From: Acidobacteriota bacterium
Lineage (GTDB): Bacteria > Acidobacteriota > UBA890 > WLXD01
Reading direction: 5' to 3'
Length of the DNA stretch: 64,000 nucleotides
Assembly: GCA_965205505.1 (NCBI GenBank)
Contig: CBDBHB010000009.1
Coordinates: 2,336,001 to 2,400,000 of the forward strand
Shown: positions 58,569 to 64,000 of the stretch, one piece after another
Layout of the letters: each line of letters opens with the position of its first letter
Position numbering within the stretch: position 1 is the stretch's first letter
Notes under the pieces: model-generated
Seen by the model: the letters and a program-made list of their open reading frames with translations, nothing else
The model's database searches: none
What the model was told of the DNA's origin: nothing
Position numbers and translations under genes: made by a program

Positions 58569-60410
58569 CTACGGGACCGGTGAAATCGATCCGAGCCCTG
58601 TGTTCGAGGCCAGTTCCGGGCCATCGGTTACCCATTTCTCGGGTACCGAGAAATCCTCGGGCGCAATCCGGAAGATCCGCGTCGCTGCATCGGCTACGGC
58701 ACGGAACGCCGGAGCGGCGGCTTGTGATCCGCCGTGGCCGTAGCCGCGCGTCGGCTCGTCGATCACCACCAGGATCAGCAACCGCGGGTCGGCGGCAGGT
58801 AAAAACCCGGCGAAAGCGGCTACATACTTCGAAAACCGACGTGTCGACGGGTCGAATTTCTCCGCCGTCGAGGTCTTGCCGGCGATTCGGTAGCCGGGGA
58901 TCCCCGCGGGCTTTCCGGTTCCGTCCGAAACCACCCGTTCCATCACCAGTGCCACACGACGTGCGATCGATTGCTTGAGCACCCTGCGCCGCACCTGCGG
59001 CTGACCCAGCTTGATCTTACCGTGTGCACGCTCGATTTCGGTGAGCGCGTTGCCATCCCGGTCGCGGACTTGCTCGACGAGGTAGGGACGCAGAAGCAAG
59101 CCACCGTTGGCGATGGCGGCGATGGCGGTGGTCAGCTGGATGGGTGTAGTCGAGAGCTCCTGCCCGAAAGCCATCGACGACTGTGACAGCTTCGACCAAT
59201 CTTTAGGCGCGCGGACGCGGCCGGGCTCTTCGTTCGGTAGATCGACACCGGTGCGGCCCCCGAATCCGAAGTCACGGATCCACGAATAGTAAGTTTGCGG
59301 CGCCAGCCGTTGGCAAACTTTGATGATGCCGACGTTGCTGGAGTAGGCGAGCACGTCTCGAAAGGGCATTATGCCGAAGCCCGGCTTCCAATCGTGGTAC
59401 GTGTTGTTGGCGACGCGATATGTGCCACCCTCGCAATCGATCGGCTCGTCTTCATCCACCACGCCCTCGTGCAACGCCGCCGCCGCAGTGATCATCTTGA
59501 AAATCGAGCCCGGTTCGAAGGTGAACGAGATGCCGTTGTTGCGCGCGTGGGCCAGGAAAGCAGGGTGGTTGTTGTCGTTGAGGTTGAGCGTCGGGAAGCT
59601 GGCCATGGCGCGGACGGCGCCCGTACTCGGATCCATCGCGACGATGCTGCCCCCAACCGCGTGCTTGTCGAGCACGGCACGTCGAAGCGCTTCCTCCGCG
59701 GCGTACTGCAGCCCCCAATCGATGGTGAGCACCAGATCGTGACCGCGCGTCGGATTCTCCATGAGGGCGCCCCTCGTGCCGATGACGTTGCGCCAGCCGT
59801 CACGTAGGCTATTGAAGGCGCCGGGCTGCCCCGCGATGAGATCGTCGTAGTAGCGCTCGATGCCGAATCGGCCGGCGTTGTCGATGTCCACGGCGCCGAT
59901 CAAGTGCGCGGCGAGTGAACGGTGAGGGTAGTAGCGCCTCGACTCGGGCAGCACCCCGATACCTCGCAGATGCTCCCGCCTGACGATCCGTGATACCTCG
60001 GCAGTCGTTTCCGGGCGAGCCTTGCGTTGCAGGTAGACGAACGGCCGCTGGCGCGAAAGCGCTTCCTCGACCGCTTCTACCGGTAACTTCAGAGCTGGTG
60101 CCAGTAGCTTGGCGGTCGCCGAGGTGTCGGCAATCTTCGGCGGCTGGGCGTAGATCGAGCCCAGCTGGATGCTGGTTGCCAATGTCTCGCCACCGCGAGC
60201 GAAGATGTCACCCCGCCTCCCAGCCAGCTCGATGACCCTTGTTTGCTGGCTCGCCGCGCGCTCGACCAACGCATCGTGGAGGTAGAGCTGTAGGTAGCTC
60301 AGCCGCGCAAGCAGCACGAGTCCCCAGACCGAGGCCATGGCCAGCAGCAGCATGGCACGGCCGCGCTGGGTATCGTGGGAGTGGTTGCGTCCGAGGCTAC
60401 GGATGACCAT
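58569..60410 (-). CDS. ftsI: Penicillin-binding protein 3 / FtsI
   Basis: RGDIF, RYYP, EPGSIFK (SxxK), SSN, GKTST; position in dcw. Confidence 0.92.
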   Translation of the reverse strand: MVIRSLGRNHSHDTQRGRAMLLLAMASVWGLVLLARLSYLQLYLHDALVERAASQQTRVIELAGRRGDIFARGGETLATSIQLGSIYAQPPKIADTSATAKLLAPALKLPVEAVEEALSRQRPFVYLQRKARPETTAEVSRIVRREHLRGIGVLPESRRYYPHRSLAAHLIGAVDIDNAGRFGIERYYDDLIAGQPGAFNSLRDGWRNVIGTRGALMENPTRGHDLVLTIDWGLQYAAEEALRRAVLDKHAVGGSIVAMDPSTGAVRAMASFPTLNLNDNNHPAFLAHARNNGISFTFEPGSIFKMITAAAALHEGVVDEDEPIDCEGGTYRVANNTYHDWKPGFGIMPFRDVLAYSSNVGIIKVCQRLAPQTYYSWIRDFGFGGRTGVDLPNEEPGRVRAPKDWSKLSQSSMAFGQELSTTPIQLTTAIAAIANGGLLLRPYLVEQVRDRDGNALTEIERAHGKIKLGQPQVRRRVLKQSIARRVALVMERVVSDGTGKPAGIPGYRIAGKTSTAEKFDPSTRRFSKYVAAFAGFLPAADPRLLILVVIDEPTRGYGHGGSQAAAPAFRAVADAATRIFRIAPEDFSVPEKWVTDGPELASNTGLGSISPVP

Positions 60411-60783
60411 CGGTCGCCACCGTCGCGATGTTTCCGCTGCCCCCATCGTCGCCGTAGACGCGAGGCAGATGCTCTACCTGGCTATCTTCAGGGTCTCGGA
60501 GGCCGGCAATGGTGCGCGCTTTTTGCTCCAACACGCGCGGATCGAGCTCGGTCTGTAGCTCCAACTCGAGCAACTTGCGCTCTTGCCGCAATTGCAGCAA
60601 GGTAGCCTCGAGGTCGCCTGTCTGCCGTCGAGATTCGCGCACATCGGCGCGCTGGGAAGCGTAGAGGAATGCCGGTATGGTCAGCAGCAGGATGCCGGCG
60701 AAGGCCTGTCCGAGGTCGCTGAAACGGTTCGGCTCACGCGCCTTGATCAGAGGTCGGTTCGCGATGCGGGACAAGTCGCTCAC
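60397..60783 (-). CDS. ftsL: Cell division protein FtsL-like
   Basis: Small protein, one TM plus leucine-zipper coiled coil, between rsmH and ftsI. Confidence 0.75.
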   Translation of the reverse strand: MSDLSRIANRPLIKAREPNRFSDLGQAFAGILLLTIPAFLYASQRADVRESRRQTGDLEATLLQLRQERKLLELELQTELDPRVLEQKARTIAGLRDPEDSQVEHLPRVYGDDGGSGNIATVATDGHP

Positions 60784-60804
60784 TCCGTCGCCGGAGGGCT
60801 GCCG

Positions 60805-60928
60805 GGAGAGTCGGGGGTCTGTGGCTCCAATGGCCTGGGGCGAAAGCTAGCCAGGGTTGTAAAGGGAGGCATTTTTTACAACACATGGGTTACTAGCTGG
60901 CCATGGAGCCACAGATCCCCGACTCTCC
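60805..60928. repeat. Long imperfect inverted repeat (~124-nt hairpin) between rsmH and ftsL
   Basis: GGAGAGTCGGGGGTCTGTGGCTCCAATGGCC pairs with GGCCATGGAGCCACAGATCCCCGACTCTCC; inner AGCTAG/CTAGCT and TTGTAAA/TTTACAA. Confidence 0.88.
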
Positions 60929-60942
60929 GCGATCCTTCCTCC

Positions 60943-61968
60943 TTAGATCCGTTCCAGCACGCGCATCTTGGCGCTGCGCGCACGTCGGTTCGAGGCGACC
61001 TCGTCCTCACCAGCCGTTAGCGGTCGCGAGGTCAGAATCTTGACTTCGGAGCGCTTGTCGCAGAGGCACTGCGGCAGCTCCGGCGGGCACTCACAGTCGC
61101 TGGCCAGGTGCTTGAACGCACGCTTGATGGCGCGGTCCTCCAGCGAATGAAATGCCAGAACAATCAGTCGGCCGCCTGGGACGAGTAGCCGGCTTGCTCC
61201 AACGACAAACTCTTGCAGCCCACCAAGCTCGTCGTTTATGGCGATCCGCAGGGCCTGAAAAGTGCGCGTAGCCGGATGAATCCGTCGTGGCCCGCGCTGG
61301 GGTACCGCGGCGTCGATGATCTCGGCAAGACGCGTCGTCGTGGTGATCGGCCCGATCTCCCGGGCCTTCACGATGGCGCGGGCGATGCGCGATGCGTGGG
61401 TCTCTTCACCGTAGTCGCGGATCAGTGAGCGCAGCTCATCACCGGAGAGTCGATTGACTACGTCGGCCGCTGTGCGCTGCTGCCGCCGATCCATACGCAT
61501 GTCGAGCGGTCCCTCGAGCCGGAACGAGAAGCCGCGCTCGGCCGTATCGAGCTGCAACGACGAGGCCCCCAGATCGATGAGGATTGCTGAGATGGGCGCC
61601 CAGCCCCGAGCGCTGCTCATTTCAGCAAGAGCGCGATAGTCGGCGCGGCACAGCTCGTATCTCCCAGACCAGCGCGCCAGGCGGAGATCGGCCAGCTCGA
61701 GAGCATCAGAGTCGCGATCGATACCGATCAGATGAACGTCGTCGCGCGCCTCCAGCAAGGCGTCCGCGTGGCCGGCGAGCCCCAGCGTGCCGTCAACCAT
61801 CGTCCCGCTAGGTGCGGCACGCAGATACTCGACTACCTCATCGCGCATCACCGGTGTGTGTACATCGGCGGCATTGCGTGAACGCCGCGCGCGCTGCGTC
61901 AGGTCGTGTCCCGGCGGCACTAATGTAGCCAGGTTGAGCGGGATGCTGCGACTCATGACCATGGTCAT
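60943..61968 (-). CDS. rsmH: 16S rRNA m4C1402 methyltransferase
   Basis: HTPVM, DGTLGLAGH, DLGASSLQLD..RGFSF, HPATRTFQALRI, FHSLEDR. Confidence 0.96.
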   Translation of the reverse strand: MTMVMSRSIPLNLATLVPPGHDLTQRARRSRNAADVHTPVMRDEVVEYLRAAPSGTMVDGTLGLAGHADALLEARDDVHLIGIDRDSDALELADLRLARWSGRYELCRADYRALAEMSSARGWAPISAILIDLGASSLQLDTAERGFSFRLEGPLDMRMDRRQQRTAADVVNRLSGDELRSLIRDYGEETHASRIARAIVKAREIGPITTTTRLAEIIDAAVPQRGPRRIHPATRTFQALRIAINDELGGLQEFVVGASRLLVPGGRLIVLAFHSLEDRAIKRAFKHLASDCECPPELPQCLCDKRSEVKILTSRPLTAGEDEVASNRRARSAKMRVLERI

Positions 61969-62405
61969 ACCCCCATGTCCGCGAGGATCTGCAGGTCGTC
62001 GATCGTGAGCGGGCTGTCATCCAGCCGCTTTCGGAAGGCCGCGTGGTTCCAGATCTCGAGATGGGTCAGTTGGCCCATCACTACTACCTCGCCGTTGACG
62101 GCGGAGGCATCGCGCAGGAGCGGCGGCACCAGAACGCGGCCCTGCCGGTCCATCGAGGCCAGCGCACCGTAGTAGTTGACCCGCGACAGGAGTTTCTGAC
62201 GGGAGGGGTTCATGCTCGGGATAGCCTGCAAGCGTTCTTCCACGCGGCCCCATTCCGGCAATGGATAGGCAAGAACGTTTTCCCCGGTGAAGCTGGTGAG
62301 GAAGAAGTCGTCACCGTAGGTCTCCCGGATCACGTTGCGAAAAGCGGTCGGTATCTTGATGCGGTGCTTCGCATCCACCGTTGCTGGATGATTCCCCCTG
62401 AGCAT
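61965..62405 (-). CDS. mraZ: Division/cell-wall cluster regulator MraZ
   Basis: DAKHRIKIP and DRQGRVLVP repeats, LEIW; head of dcw. Confidence 0.93.
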   Translation of the reverse strand: MLRGNHPATVDAKHRIKIPTAFRNVIRETYGDDFFLTSFTGENVLAYPLPEWGRVEERLQAIPSMNPSRQKLLSRVNYYGALASMDRQGRVLVPPLLRDASAVNGEVVVMGQLTHLEIWNHAAFRKRLDDSPLTIDDLQILADMGV

Positions 62406-62456
62406 CCGACACCGAGCCTCGAATCAAGGCGATTCCGCTTGTTTTGGGGTTTGAGT

Positions 62457-62481
62457 ACCACCCCAGCCCACTTTGATCCAC
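62457..62481 (-). promoter_or_regulatory. MraZ binding repeats
   Basis: Minus strand GTGGAtcaaaGTGGGctgggGTGGT: three GTGG units at 10-bp period. Confidence 0.8.
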
Positions 62482-62487
62482 TGCCGG

Positions 62488-62516
62488 ACTATAGGGAGCA
62501 GCGGAGCGCATGTCAA
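62488..62516 (-). promoter_or_regulatory. Sigma70 promoter of dcw operon
   Basis: TTGACA (62516-62511), 17-nt spacer, TATAGT (62493-62488). Confidence 0.82.
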
Positions 62517-62613
62517 GTAATCGACGCCTTTCCCCGAAAAAACTCATAGCGCGCTCTGAAGCGCGTTACGGCACAGAATTGATCAGGGCTCGTCGTCTGG
62601 AGGCGGTTGTAGC

Positions 62614-62664
62614 CTAGCAGGCCGTGGTGGAAGTGTTGTGGGCCCGGTTACGGTGAGTTGGGGG
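62614..62664 (-). repeat. Dispersed intergenic repeat, copy E (long form, inverted)
   Basis: Reverse complement CCCCAACTCACCGTAACCGGGCCCACAACACTTCCACCACGGCCTGCTAG; second CTAG at 62676. Confidence 0.88.
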
Positions 62665-62737
62665 GGGGGCAGATGCTAGGGGTAGCATGCCGTCGGGTAC
62701 GTTGTGTCGCAGCGCTGTCGTCTGGGCTGCGCCGATG

Positions 62738-63574
62738 TCAGCCCAGGTTGCGCAGACGGCGAATGCGTTCTGGCATCGGCGGATGCGTCGCGAACAAACT
62801 CATGAGGCCGCCGGAGAACGGTCGCACGATGAACATGTGTGCCGTCGTCGGCGAAGCCTGCGTGGGCACTCGCTGGCTGGCGTGCTCCAGCTTCTGCAAG
62901 GCGCTCATCAAGCCATGTGGATGGCCCACTATCCGAGCGCCGGTCGCGTCAGCCTTGTACTCGCGTGTGCGAGATACGGCCATTTGAACTACGACCGCGG
63001 CTAACGGTGCGACAATCATCATTGTGATCGCTCCCATGGCGCCGCCACCGCCGTTGCGATCGCGTCCACCGCCGAACATCGTGGCGTACCCAACCATACG
63101 AGCCATCATCGTGATGGCGCCGGCCATGGTGGCAGCGATGCTCGAGACCAGGATGTCGCGGTTCTTGACATGCGCGAGCTCGTGAGCCAGGACGCCCTCG
63201 AGCTCCTGCTCGTCGAGCATCTGTAGCAGTCCCGCCGTTACCGCAACAGCCGAATGCTGTGGGTTGCGTCCGGTGGCGAAGGCGTTCGCACCCGGGGTCG
63301 GCAGGATGTAGATGGCGGGCTTCGGGAGCCCGGCACGCCCGGCCAACCGCTCCACCACTGCATGCAACGCGGCGAATTGACTCGGGTCGGCCGGCTGCGC
63401 ACGGTACATCTTCAGCACGATCTTGTCTGAGAACCAGTAGCTGCCGACGTTGAAGACCACCGCCAACCCCATGGCGATCACCAGGCCCTGATTGCCGAAG
63501 AAGGACCCGATTGCCAGCAGGAGTCCGGTCATTACGCCGAGCAGCGCGGTTGTTTTCAATGCGTTCATGCTCAC
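62738..63574 (-). CDS. htpX: Zinc metalloprotease HtpX
   Basis: YWFSDK, NAFATGRNP, HELAH, SRTREYKAD, THPP. Confidence 0.94.
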   Translation of the reverse strand: MSMNALKTTALLGVMTGLLLAIGSFFGNQGLVIAMGLAVVFNVGSYWFSDKIVLKMYRAQPADPSQFAALHAVVERLAGRAGLPKPAIYILPTPGANAFATGRNPQHSAVAVTAGLLQMLDEQELEGVLAHELAHVKNRDILVSSIAATMAGAITMMARMVGYATMFGGGRDRNGGGGAMGAITMMIVAPLAAVVVQMAVSRTREYKADATGARIVGHPHGLMSALQKLEHASQRVPTQASPTTAHMFIVRPFSGGLMSLFATHPPMPERIRRLRNLG

Positions 63575-63635
63575 GATCTCCGAAGGGATGCTGATTCGAT
63601 TGTAGCGTAGCGGCAGCCGCCTCGTCTGGGAGAGC

Positions 63636-64000
63636 TCAGGGCAGAAGAGCGGCGAGGAGCGCGGTAGACGCGCCAGCGACTAGTGCCGCCGTCGCCAGCC
63701 GGCCCGAGCGCGTTCGCCCCGCTCGTCTGGCCAGCGCCACGCCGAACAGGGAGCCGACGCCGGCCAGCGCCGGTTCGCCGGGACCCAGCACGCGCAGCCA
63801 CAGCGTAGCGATCGCCAGGCTGCCGCTGCCGATGATTGCTGCTACCAAGCCCGTCGCACCGATGCCGATAGTCCTGGCGGCTGGCGAGTCGTGCTCGAGG
63901 CCGGACGCCTTGCCGAACATCTCCGCGGTCCAGGTGGCCGCAGCCCCCACAGCAGCTCCGCAACCCGCGGCGAGCCAATACGCCAAAGCAACGCCACTCA
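63636..64000 (-). CDS. Membrane protein, 3' part only
   Basis: Hydrophobic Ala/Gly-rich frame that appears open to the window edge; no motif recognised. Confidence 0.45.
   Translation of the reverse strand, partial: SGVALAYWLAAGCGAAVGAAATWTAEMFGKASGLEHDSPAARTIGIGATGLVAAIIGSGSLAIATLWLRVLGPGEPALAGVGSLFGVALARRAGRTRSGRLATAALVAGASTALLAALLP

Noticed and set aside
9235-62664. Dispersed repeat as CRISPR array or integron attC sites
   Set aside because: Copies are kilobases apart, non-palindromic, without spacers, R-box structure, cas genes or integrase.

Overview
GC-rich bacterial chromosomal window, most likely Acidobacteriota, inferred from two PadR/ADOP-type permease pairs plus planctomycete-type cytochrome c and DUF1501 genes. 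Left end: ftsE-ftsX-mutS2-dnaG, a Na+/solute symporter and a tRNA-CAT (Ile2-like). Right end: zinc-ribbon protein, RNase HI, pgeF, a radical SAM gene, the dcw cluster (mraZ to ftsZ, no ddl) and htpX. Between them (about 7.4-40.9 kb) is an accessory region with no recognisable integrase. It encodes a Tat-exported EutD-like hydrolase, a heme c/copper monooxygenase with a partner protein, a glycerate-kinase/divergent-enolase pair, an arsM/radical SAM pair, transporters, tandem M28-like lipoproteins and several decaying genes. Notable non-coding structure: a dispersed intergenic repeat ending CACCACGGCCTG(C)TAG (5 copies), a ~124-nt hairpin between rsmH and ftsL, MraZ boxes with a canonical sigma70 promoter, and a PadR-like operator. 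All family assignments come from motif recognition by eye; no database searches were run.
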